A stretch of 64,000 bases of DNA, taken from the NCBI GenBank assembly GCA_002269645.1, contig NIVC01000282.1, positions 310,001 through 374,000 on the forward strand. The letters run 5' to 3'. Below are positions 13,101 through 23,818 of this stretch, in pieces (within the stretch, counting starts at the first letter, position 1; each line of letters begins with the position of its first letter). A program made the translations under genes and the position numbers. A model generated the notes under the pieces. It worked only from the letters and a program-made list of their open reading frames with translations. It was not told where the DNA came from and did no database searches. The stretch is from Macrostomum lignano (Eukaryota).

Positions 13101-14955
13101 ATTGAGGGAGTGAGGTGGGTGAGAGAGTGAGGTAAATGAGAGAGTGAGGTGGTTGCGGAGCTAGTGGTTGCGGCGTGAGGTGGGTGAGGGAGTGAGGTGG
13201 GTGAGGGAGTGAGGTGGGTGTGGGAGTGAGGTAAATGAGAGAGTGAGGTGGTTGCGGAGTGAGGTGGTTGCGGCGTAAGGTGGGTGAGGGATTCAGGTGG
13301 TTGCGGAGTGAGGTGGTTGCGGAGTGAGGTGGTTGCGGAGTGAGGTGGGTGAGGGATTCAGGTGGTTGCGGAGTGAGGTGGGTGAGGGATTCAGGTGGTT
13401 GCGGAGTGAGGTGGGTGAGGGATTCAGGTGGTTGCGGAGTGAGGTGGGTGAGGGATTCAGGTGGTTGCGGAGTGAGGTGGGTGAGGGATTCAGGTGGTTG
13501 CGGAGTGAGGTGGGTGAGGGATTCAGGTGGTTGCGGAGTGAGGTGGGTGAGGGATTCAGGTGGTTGCGGAGTGAGGTGGGTGAGGGATTCAGGTGGTTGC
13601 GGAGTGAGGTGGGTGACGGATTTAGGTGGTTGCGGAGTGAGGTGGGTGACGGATTTAGGTGGTTGCGGAGTGAGGTGGGTGAGGGATTCAGGTGGTTGCG
13701 GAGTGAGGTGGGTGACGGATTCAGGTGGTTGCGGAGTGAGGTGGGTGAGGGATTCAGGTGGTTGCGGAGTGAGGTGGGTGAGGGATTCAGGTGGTTGTGG
13801 AGTGAGGTGGGTGAGGGATTCAGGTGGTTGCGGAGTGAGGTGGGTGACAGATTCAGGTGGTTGCGGAGTGAGGTGGGTGAGGGATTCAGGTGGTTGCGGA
13901 GTGAGGTGGGTGACGGATTCAGGTGGTTGCGGAGTGAGGTGGGTGAGGGATTCAGGTGGTTGCGGAGTGAGGTGGGTGCAGATCAAAGCGGGCTAGACAC
14001 GGGCTGCTACAGGCCACTCACAGCGGTCATTCCAGGCACGGTGAGGCCGGCAATATGCGCCAGTTTCTGTTCACGCAGTCGCATCTCGGCGGAGGTTGGC
14101 TCGGGCGCCAATTCGATGAGTCGGTGCTCCGCATCTATGGAACTGATCACCTCCTCGGCGTGGCGCATGTCGGCCTCTTCGACGTCTTCGACTGCGGCGG
14201 CGGTGGCGGAATCAGCAGTTGATTCAGTTAATAAGTCCGGCGACACGGCGCTTGCAAACCGGTTGACGACGGGCGCTGGGGCCTCCTAAAATCGTGGCGC
14301 ATGAATTTTTAATTCTTATCGATAAAAAGCATTACTTTGTCTCACGTACGAACTTTCAGAAGTCAGCGGAATGAGAAGAATCGTCTCAGCGCTGGTTTCG
14401 GGACAATGTCACCAAATCCATTGCACCAGGGTGCCCGCAGCCCACTTGCAAATATGATTTATTACTTGGTTACAGAAAAACAGCGCTCACCGGCTCAGCC
14501 AGCTGCCCCTCCTTGCCAACCGCTCCGCCGCCCGCCGCAGCATTGGAGTCCGGAGCAGTCGGCCGCTCGCCCCATCCCAGCGCTGAGCGGATCACGGATA
14601 GCAGCGGCTTGGAGCCGCCAGCCCCGCTTGCCGAGGACAGCCTCTGCTGCCGGCCGCGCAAGTAGCCGCCGCTGCCGCCTCCGCCAACGACCCCGCCGCC
14701 GCCTTGCCGCGTGTCCGCCCAGGATCGCAAAATCTGCCGGTTCAAAGCTGTCGGCGTTGACGACGAAGTCGAGGACCTTCGACCGGCGAAGCCACCGCCG
14801 CCGCCGCCGCCAGATGACGAGGCTGGGGCGCGTTGAATAGCGAGCATCCCGCGGCGCCGATGCCAGCAATAGCTGCAGTAAATAACGCTACTGTTATTAT
14901 TGTTATAATTAGCAAAGCGCGCATAGCGATAGCATAACGGCGCGCGCCATAGCAT
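5154..14955 (-). CDS. Divergent DIS3L2-like RNase II/R-family 3'-5' exoribonuclease (paralog A, about 1162 aa) with N- and C-terminal extensions
   Basis: Exons 14955-14491, 14285-14022, 12526-12410, 11573-11103, 10448-10152, 9235-9012, 8550-8039, 7463-6952, 6334-5957, 5402-5154, all phase-compatible. Motifs: [10 protein letters not shown] (CSD), [15 protein letters not shown] (catalytic Asp cluster of DIS3L2 type), [43 protein letters not shown]. No PIN domain. An in-frame TGA upstream of ATG 14955 fixes the start. Confidence 0.88.
5460..5900. repeat. About 26-bp minisatellite (aggggagattagtgaatgatggggat)
   Basis: Intron of DIS3L2 paralog A. Confidence 0.9.
6410..6870. repeat. 22-bp minisatellite (aggtcaggtgagactaggaacc)
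   Basis: Intron of paralog A. The unit contains CAG|GTGAGA on the + strand. Confidence 0.95.
7540..7960. repeat. 17-bp minisatellite (gatggggtactgttata) with ggtcactggtat variants
   Basis: Intron of paralog A. Confidence 0.9.
9385..9960. repeat. 27-bp minisatellite (gggaaattgggggatctgggattctag)
   Basis: Intron of paralog A. Confidence 0.95.
10480..11075. repeat. 30-bp minisatellite (gggggctcagtaagggtttaatgaggtcca)
   Basis: Homogeneous near 10850-11060 and degenerate leftwards. Confidence 0.9.
11595..12330. repeat. About 22-bp minisatellite (caggtgagtcagctagtgacag)
   Basis: Intron of paralog A. The unit contains CAG|GTGAGT on the + strand. Confidence 0.95.
12940..13980. repeat. 33-bp minisatellite (gaggtgggtgagggattcaggtggttgcggagt)
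   Basis: Highly homogeneous at 13320-13980; source of the repetitive ORFs. Confidence 0.95.
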
Positions 14956-15089
14956 TATTGCGCGTCTCGGTCAGAGGCAGAGAGCCGTCCCGCTGGCAAT
15001 GAATGGCTGGGAAGCAGAAAAAAATCGATAAAATGATTTATGGTATTTTTTTGAAATTGTCAATACTTACACTGAGTTTCTAAGTCTTG

Positions 15090-15850
15090 AGTTTTACTAA
15101 CTGAATATCCTGAGTTTTACTAACTGAATATCCTGAGTTTTACTAACTGAATATCCTGAGTTTTGCTAACTGAATATCCTGAGTTTTACTAACTGAATGT
15201 CCTGAGTTTTACTAACTGAATGTCCCGAGTTTTACTAACTGAATGTCCTGAGTTTTGCTAACTGAAGGTCCTGAGTTTTGCTAATTAAATGTCCTGAGTT
15301 TTGCTAACTGAAGGTCCTGAGTTTTGTTAACTGAATATCCTGAGTTTTGCTAACTGAATATCCTGAGTTTTGCTAACTGAAGGTCCTGAGTTTTACTAAC
15401 TGAATGTCCTGAGTTTTACTATCTGAATGTCCTGAGTTTTGCTAACTGAATGTCCTGAGTTTTACTAACTGAATGTCCTGAGTTTTGCTAACTGAATATT
15501 CTGAGTTTTGCTAACTGAATATCCTGAGTTTTACTAACTGAATATTCTGAGTTTTGCTAACTGAATATCCTGAGTTTTACTAACTGAATATCCTGAGTTT
15601 TGCTAACTGAATATCCTGAGTTTTGCTAACTGAATGTCCTGAGTTTTGCTAACTGAATGTCCTGAGTTTTGCTAATTGAATGTCCTGAGTTTTGCTAACT
15701 GAAGGTCCTGAGTTTTGCTAACTGAATATCCTGAGTTTTGCTAACTGAAGGTCCTGAGTTTTGCTAACTGAATGTCCTGAGTTTTGCTAACTGAATATCC
15801 TGAGTTTTACTAACTGAATATCCTGAGTTTTGCTAACTGAATGTCCTGAG
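15090..15850. repeat. 23-bp minisatellite (ctgagttttgctaactgaatatc)
   Basis: Upstream of the paralog A start. Confidence 0.95.
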
Positions 15851-16269
15851 TCTTCATTCGGACATCTTCGCAAGTTTCGATTCAAGATTCGAAGTCCTTG
15901 CAAACCTGTAGAATTACCTGCTGATCGAGTAATCAGGTAATAAATTTAAGATCAAATTTAGTCCGCTATACAGCAAAATTATATCAGGATCAAATGTATC
16001 TTGGATGGACCAGTCATTAACAAAAATCATAGAAACTTTGTCTATGTAGGACAATATTTACAAAAACTGAGAAATTAAAACAGAATTATCAATTTACATG
16101 AACGAATAAGATATGGAAACTGTCTATTACAGATCCTCGTATGCATTATATAATTGCTATGACATAATCCTTAATCTCTAATCCATTTTTAAACATATGC
16201 AAATTATTTTCTAAAGTGAATAATATATTTTAGAAAAATTTATAAGATTTAAAAGATTATCAGAATCCT

Positions 16270-16800
16270 ATAGTTTACTTTGGATGAGACTATTGGAAAT
16301 CCTAGTTACTATGGTTCAGATTATCTATGATCCTGCTTACTATCGGTGAGATTATCAGGGATCCTAGTTACTATGGGTGAGATTGTCAGGGATCCTAGTT
16401 ACTATGGGTGCAATTATCGGGGATCCTTGTTACTATGGCTGAGATTTTCTATGATCCTACTTACTATGGGTGAGATTATCAGGGATCCTAGTTACTATGG
16501 TTGAGATTTTCTATGATCCTACTTACTATGGGTGAGATTATCGGGGATCACAGTTACTATGGGTGAGATTATCTATGATCCTACTTACTATCGATGAGAT
16601 TATCGGGGGTCACAGTTACTATGGTGAGATTATCGGGGATCTCACAGTTACTATGGGTGAGATTATCGGGGATCCGAGTTACTATGGATGAGATTATCAG
16701 GATTCTGTATGGTTTACCATGGCTGAGATTACCGGGATCTCAGTTTATCTAGTAATAAAGAGATTATCGCGACCCCAGTTTAATAAATTAGGGTAAGATT
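16270..16800. repeat. 31-bp minisatellite (ttactatgggtgagattatcagggatcctag)
   Basis: Downstream of the ATG7 stop. Confidence 0.9.
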
Positions 16801-16915
16801 ATCAATATCCTAGCTAACAAAGGCTAGCATTATGCAGATCAAAGAGATTAATTACTAAATAGTGACGCCAACAGTATCAGTTGACAGTCACATACAAGTA
16901 GAATAAATACAGGCA

Positions 16916-19900
16916 CTAAAAGTCGTCATCGTCAGCGTCCATCTCCAGCACCTCAACGGACAGCTCAGCCTCGGCATGCAGCTCGGCCAGCCCGGCCACC
17001 AGTTCCAGATGAGAGGAATCGTTGAATACCTTCAACAAGAAGCCGCGGTAGCCGCCAGACCGATAGGCGGACAAAACGGCATCGGAGCAGGCGGAGCAGC
17101 GGTCGAACCGGTGGCCAACAGGCGACATCTGGCTGGCGTCGGACAGGAAGCCGCGCACCTGGTGCGGCACCCGGCCCATGGGTGGCCGGTCGTCGTCGGC
17201 GGCGGCATCGACATTGTCCGGATCGACTGTCGGACCGGCGGGATGCTGCAATGCGGAGACCATCAGCTCCACTAGCAGGCCGGCGGCTATCATGGCCAGG
17301 CCGGGCCGGGTCACCGTGCACTGCTGGTCCAGGGTTCGATCCTGGCTGGAGTTGCCGGGCGCCGTGACGTCCGAGCAGAAATAGCAGCCGTGACGCGAGC
17401 CCGGGCCCAGACCGTGCCGCATCACCAAGTAGGAATCGAAGCCCAATGCGGCGTTCATCGCCAGCTTGCCAGCGGAGGCGGCCAGCAGAGTTGGCAGCCA
17501 GCGGGCCTCCCGACTGTCCAGCAGCAGGAAAACGACGTCGTGCTCGGCCACGAGCGACTCCAGCTGGGCGACGTCCTGACCGACTGAAGCTTCCTGATCG
17601 CGCGGTATGGCGTGGCCCGGCATGGGGATCTGCGGGGAGAATTGAATGGGGATTTGATAGTGAGATCCTGCCTGACGAACTAATTAGATTGATCCATTGA
17701 TTAGCCTACCTGACCCACTACTTGACCCACTGAGTAGCCTACTTGACCCACTGACTAGCCTACTTGACCCACCAGTGACAAGTTTATTTGAGCAGTAACT
17801 AGAGATGGTCGACACCGATTAGCCACTTGACCTTTTTTTCTATTCTAATCCCACCCGACAGTCCCCATTAGCCGGTCTCAACAATGGACCCACCGATGAT
17901 CCTCAGACAGTACAATAAAAAAAACCTTCTTACCTGAAAGCACCTCCACTGCGCATTGACGCCGGGGAAGATGTCAATCAAAGCTTTAGCAGCCGCTTCG
18001 GCTTTCAATTTGCCGCCAGGCTGGTGCTGCGAGTCGGCAAAGGTGAACAGGGACTGCCGGACCGGATTAGAATAGGACACCTGGCCGTTGTCAACCAGGG
18101 TGATGTTGCGCACGCCCCAGCCCATCAGCAGGCGGGCAACGTTGCAGCCGAGAGTGCCGGCGCCCAGCAGCAGGCAGCGGGTGGCGGCCAGGCTGCTCAA
18201 ATTGAGCTCGGGTACGAGGCGCCAGCGCATGAGCTGCAGGTTGAGATCGACAGCGCTCTCGGCCAGCCGGTCGGGACTCAGGCTGGCCGACAGGTCCACG
18301 AACCGGGGCTGCAGCACGGCCCGGCCGGAGCCAGGCGATGGGGATTTCTCCCAGCCTAGGCAGCGGAAAGCTGCACCAGCTGATGAAGCTGCACCAGGGA
18401 CGCGGACTCGCATCAGGCGGCTGTGCGAGCAGGTGCGCTGACCTGATTGGAAACGGTCGCTGAAAAGAGGGGGGGGGTAGCAAGCATGAATGATTGGGGG
18501 ACAACGTGGACACATTAGATTAGGAGATAGGTAGACACATAAATTAGGAGACAGGTGGACACATTAATTAGGAGACAGGTGGACACATAGATTGGAGGAC
18601 AGGAGGACACATAGATTGGAGGACAGGAGGACACATAGACTAGGGGACAGGTGGACACATAGTTAGGAGACAGGTGAACACATAGACTAGGAGACAGGTG
18701 GACACACAGATTAGGAGACAGGTGGACACATAGATTAAGAGACAGATGGACAGATAGATTAGGAGACACGGGGACACAGATTAGGAGACACGGGGACACA
18801 GATTAGGAGACACGGGGACACAGATTAGGAGACAGGTGGACAGATAGATTAGGAGACAGGTGGACACACGATTAGGAGACAGGTGGACACACAGATTAGG
18901 AGACAGGTGGACACACAGATTAGGAGACAGGTGGACACAGATTAGGAGACAGGTGGACACATAGATTAGGAAACAGGTGGACACACAGAGTAAGAGACAC
19001 GTGGACACACAGATTAGGAGACACGTGGACACATAGAGTAAGAGACACGTGGACGCATAGATTAAGAGACAGATGGACACATAGATTAGGAGACACGTGG
19101 ACACAGATTAGGAGACAGGTGGACACATAGATTAAGAGACAGGTGGACACATTAGATTAGGAGACAGTTGGACAAATAGATTAAGAGACAGGTGGACAGA
19201 TAGATTAGGAGACACGTGGACACACAGATTAGGAGACAGGTGAACACAGATTAAGAGACAGGTGGACACACAGATTAAGAGACAGGTGGACACACAGATT
19301 AAGAGACAGGTGGACACATAGATTAAGAGACAGGTGGACACATAGATTAGGAGACACGTGGACACATTAGGAGACAGGTGGACACATAGATTAGGAGACA
19401 CGTGGACATAGATTAAGAGACAGGTGGACACATAGATTAAGAGACAGGTGGACACATAGATTAAGAGACAGGTGGACACATAGATTAGGAGACACGTGGA
19501 CACAGATTAGGAGACAGGTGGACAGTCCATGATGCTCACCGGTAAGCGAGCACAGAGCACTCCTCCCCAGGCCAGTGATGCGCCAGCAGCACCAGCAGAT
19601 TCCGCAGTGGCCAGCCGGCAGCCCGGCTGTCAGTAGACGGATCGGCGTAGCCAAAGGTGCAGTGCTGAGCTTGCAGGCCCAGCTGCTTGGCTTCGGCCAG
19701 CGAAATCAGCTGAACGGAGTCGGGTGACTGCGGAAGGAAAATCAATACTTGATGCATGTAGATTGCGGAGCATCAGATTCGGAATTCAAGACAAGAAAGA
19801 AAGCAGATTGGATTAAAAAAGGAGAAAGTCGGGATGGAGGCATGGGTAAGTTTTATAATGCAGTACATGTGGAGTTGGATAAGCTGGTCAGGGATTAAGA

Positions 19901-19945
19901 AATGTGGAATATGAAGATGAAAACAGAACAAAAATGGACAGACAA

Positions 19946-20000
<55 letters not shown>

Positions 20001-20003
20001 CTA

Positions 20004-20060
<57 letters not shown>

Positions 20061-20095
20061 GTCAGACAGACAGACAGACAGACAGACAGACACTA

Positions 20096-20140
<45 letters not shown>

Positions 20141-20199
20141 CTAAGACAGACAGACAGACAGACAGTCAGACAGACAGACAGACAGACAGACAGACACTA

Positions 20200-20264
<65 letters not shown>

Positions 20265-20267
20265 CTA

Positions 20268-20300
<33 letters not shown>

Positions 20301-20304
20301 CTAC

Positions 20305-20368
<64 letters not shown>

Positions 20369-20371
20369 CTA

Positions 20372-20448
<77 letters not shown>

Positions 20449-20451
20449 CTA

Positions 20452-20488
<37 letters not shown>

Positions 20489-20491
20489 CTA

Positions 20492-20562
<71 letters not shown>

Positions 20563-20567
20563 GACTA

Positions 20568-20615
<48 letters not shown>

Positions 20616-20882
20616 GGGCAGATAGGCAGACAGACAAAAAGACAGACGGGCAGATAGGCAGACAGACAGACAGACAAACAGACAGACGGGCAGATAGGCA
20701 GACAGACAGACAGACAAAAAGACAGACGGGCAGATAGGCAGACAGACAGACAGACAAAAAGACAGACGGGCAGATAGGCAGACAGACAGACAGACAAACA
20801 GACAGACGGGCAGACAGACAAACAGACAGACGGGCAGATAGGCAGACAGACAGACAGACAAACAGACAGACGGGCAGATAGG

Positions 20883-20934
<52 letters not shown>

Positions 20935-20941
20935 GACTAAA

Positions 20942-20975
<34 letters not shown>

Positions 20976-20995
20976 GGGCAGATAGGCAGACAGGC

Positions 20996-21038
<43 letters not shown>

Positions 21039-22249
21039 GACTAAGACAGACAGACAGACAGACAGACAGACGGGCAGATAGGCAGACAGACAGACAGACA
21101 AACAGACAGACGGGCAGATAGGCAGACAGACAGACAGACAAACAGACAGACGGGCAGACAGACAAACAGACAGACGGGCAGATAGGCAGACAGACAGACA
21201 GACAGACGGGCAGATAGGCAGACAGACAGACAGACAGACGGGCAGATAGGCAGACAGACAGATAGGCAGACAGACAGACAGACAAACAGACAGACGGGCA
21301 GACAGACAAACAGACAGACGGGCAGATAGGCAGACAGACAGACAGACAGACGGGCTGTCCCATGGGTCAGACCACTGACCCATCCAGCCTGGTCCAGGCC
21401 GCGGACAGCAAAGTACGGACAGCGGCCGGACGTGGCGAAGAACTCCAGCACCCGATCGGCAAATCTGGACAAGTCTTGGCCGCCGCTAACAGCCGCCGAC
21501 TCCGCTAGACTGGCGTTGCTAAGCAACACAGGCGAAATTTCGGGCGGGAACGCCAGCACGGGCATGCAGAGCCAGTAGTAGAAATGGTACTTCTTCAGGT
21601 CAACGTAGGACAGGATGGAAAATTCCAGCAGGCGGGCGGGACGATGAAGCGCCTCGCCGGACCGGATGCTGGACAGCAGCTCGGCGCCCAGCTGGTCAGC
21701 AAAGGCTTGCTTGTCCAGGGCCTGTCCGGTTGCCATGGGGATACGATAGGGGGGTTTGGTTACGCTTACATCTTGACTAGAGATCCCACACCTTGACCAG
21801 AGACCATACACTTTGACCAGAGACCCACACTTTGAGCTGAAACCCCACACTTTGAGCTGAAACCCCACACCTTGACTAGGGACCCACACCTTGACCAGAG
21901 ACCCACACTTTGAGCTGAAACCCCACACCTTGACTAGGGACCCACACCTTGACCACAGACCCCACACCTTAAACGAGTCCAAGCTATTGAAATTTAACAG
22001 CCGGCCAGCCGGAGCGAATGCCCTCGATGACAGCTCGGCCTCGACGGCCGCGGTATCGAAGGCGTTGTACTCGAAGGCCAGCCGGCACGGCAGCCGGTCG
22101 GCGTCGCCAATGCTGAACAGGCCGCGGATTGGCACGGGCTCCTCGGACAGCTTCAGCTGTTCCAGCTTCATCTTGCAGAATCTGTGCCAGAATGCCACGC
22201 TGATGCTGGACTCGAACGCTACGAATTGCAATTGCTGTTGATCTGACAT
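16916..22249 (-). CDS. ATG7: Ubiquitin-like modifier-activating enzyme ATG7 (about 683 aa)
   Basis: Exons 22249-21968, 21721-21380, 19727-19540, 18459-17934, 17629-16916. Motifs: [52 protein letters not shown] (nucleotide binding), [28 protein letters not shown] (catalytic Cys). Confidence 0.96.
18505..19525. repeat. 24-bp minisatellite (ggtggacacatagattaggagaca)
   Basis: ATG7 intron 3. Confidence 0.95.
19935..21355. repeat. (CAGA)n microsatellite with interspersed variant blocks (ctaa, gggcagataggc)
   Basis: About 1.4 kb in ATG7 intron 2. Confidence 0.97.
21770..21970. repeat. About 20-bp minisatellite containing the ATG7 intron-1 donor
   Basis: Sense-strand unit (C)AAG|GTGTGGG... repeated about 9-10 times. 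Confidence 0.85.
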
Positions 22250-22454
22250 GCTTGCAATTGAGACTTAATGAGGCTGCAATTGTAAATGCGAAGGGATCTT
22301 TGCCACCGGCAATCGTTTGTTGTTCCAGTTTCACTTCTTCCTCATCTCTCCCTCCCTTCTCTCGCCTACTGCTCCCTTCGCATGTCCCTCTCCCACCTGC
22401 CTTTCTCCACTAAACCACCCCTACCCACTTATCTAACACTCTCCCTCTCCCACC

Positions 22455-22745
22455 GTATCTCCTTTCCCACCCTACCTCCCTTTCCCACCCTACCTCCCTT
22501 TCCCACCCTACCTCCCTTTCCCACCCTTCATCCCTTTCTCACCCTACCTCCCTTTCCCACCCTACATTCCTTTCCCACCCTACCTCCCTTTCTCACCCTA
22601 CCTCCCTTTCTCACCCTACCTCCATTTCCCACCCTACTTCCCTTTCTCACCCTACCTCCCTTTCTCACTCTACCTCCATTTCCCACCCTACTTCCCTTTC
22701 CCACCCTACCTCCCTTTCCCACCCTGCCTCCCTTTTCCACCCTAG
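22455..22745. repeat. 18-bp pyrimidine-rich minisatellite (ctttcccaccctacctcc)
   Basis: Upstream of the ATG7 start, probably in a 5' UTR intron. Confidence 0.9.
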
Positions 22746-23509
22746 CTCTCCCTCCCATCCTCTCCCTCTCCCACCCTACCTCCCTCTCCGACCCTCTCTT
22801 TTCACCTTTTCTCCCTTGATGACATTTTCATACGCAACATATCGGGAGCTAAAAAATAAGTCTAACACGTTACAATAAATCTAAAAAAAACTAAAAACTA
22901 CTGAAAGAGAGAAAGATAGAAGAGTGTCGAGTCCGTTCACGAGGCCTATAATTTGGCATTGAATGACTGCAGATTGCTTTAGTCAAATATTACGAGTATG
23001 AGGGAAGGAACAGCTGCAAGTTATATGATAATATATTTAACTATTAAACAACTTTAAATATTACAACATAACAATTTGTAATAGTAATAACTGTATACGG
23101 ATACGCTGGACAATTTACTAGTAACAAAATTTATAAATACAGCTTACATGTTTAACAACAATTAATAAAAGTATTACTATGATGCAGTTAGACAGGTGCA
23201 ACCATGCATAAAGGTATAGGTAAGAGCATTACACTTAATAGCACAGAACACAAACGAATGCACACGAATGCACACTATTGGGACAATTTCAATATTCGCA
23301 ACTTATAATAGAATACACAGACAAAATACGTTCCCGAAGTAATGACTCATTACTAGGTCTAAAAATAGAGTATGACGACTAATCGGGTGAGACAGATGTA
23401 GGACTAGTGTAGTATTAAATGTGACATTGCCTTAATTTGCAATACCTATGCACACACTGATAACTTACGCAATAGTATATTAAAAATCGGAAAATTGGTT
23501 TGGATAGGT

Positions 23510-23680
23510 TGGGTGGGGCAGACCGGAGGCGGGGGTGGGGCAGACCGGAGGCGTGGGTGGGGCAGACTGGAGGCGTGGGTGGGGCAGACCGGAGGCGTGG
23601 GTGGGGCAGACCGGAAGCGGGGGTGTGGCAGACCGGAGGCGGGGGTGGGGCAGACTGGAGGCGGGGGTGGGGCAGACCGT
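23510..23680. repeat. 22-bp G-rich minisatellite (gggtggggcagaccggaggcgt)
   Basis: Downstream of the DPF stop. Confidence 0.9.
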
Positions 23681-23818
23681 AGACAGGGGTAATAATTGTG
23701 TCCATCAGCAAAGTGAACCTGTCCGTACCCAGGACATTTTGCCACTACGAGTACAATCAAGCACTAAAACACTGACACAAAAAGCCAACAGCTAGACAGC
23801 ACTATAGAGATACTACTA

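Noticed and set aside
12835-14289. Long repetitive ORFs (also 113-1552, 20449-21363, 33076-34779, 35861-36711)
   Set aside because: They are translations of minisatellites lying inside introns defined by phase-consistent splice sites.
14495-14869. Alternative frame [11 protein letters not shown]... as the N-terminus of paralog A
   Set aside because: It stops before the donor at 14490. Only the 14955 frame splices in phase.
5154-14955. Horizontally acquired bacterial RNase R or fungal Dss1 as the origin of paralog A
   Set aside because: Its motifs are DIS3L2-type ([27 protein letters not shown]), it has nine spliceosomal introns in the CDS, and one intron position is shared with paralog B.
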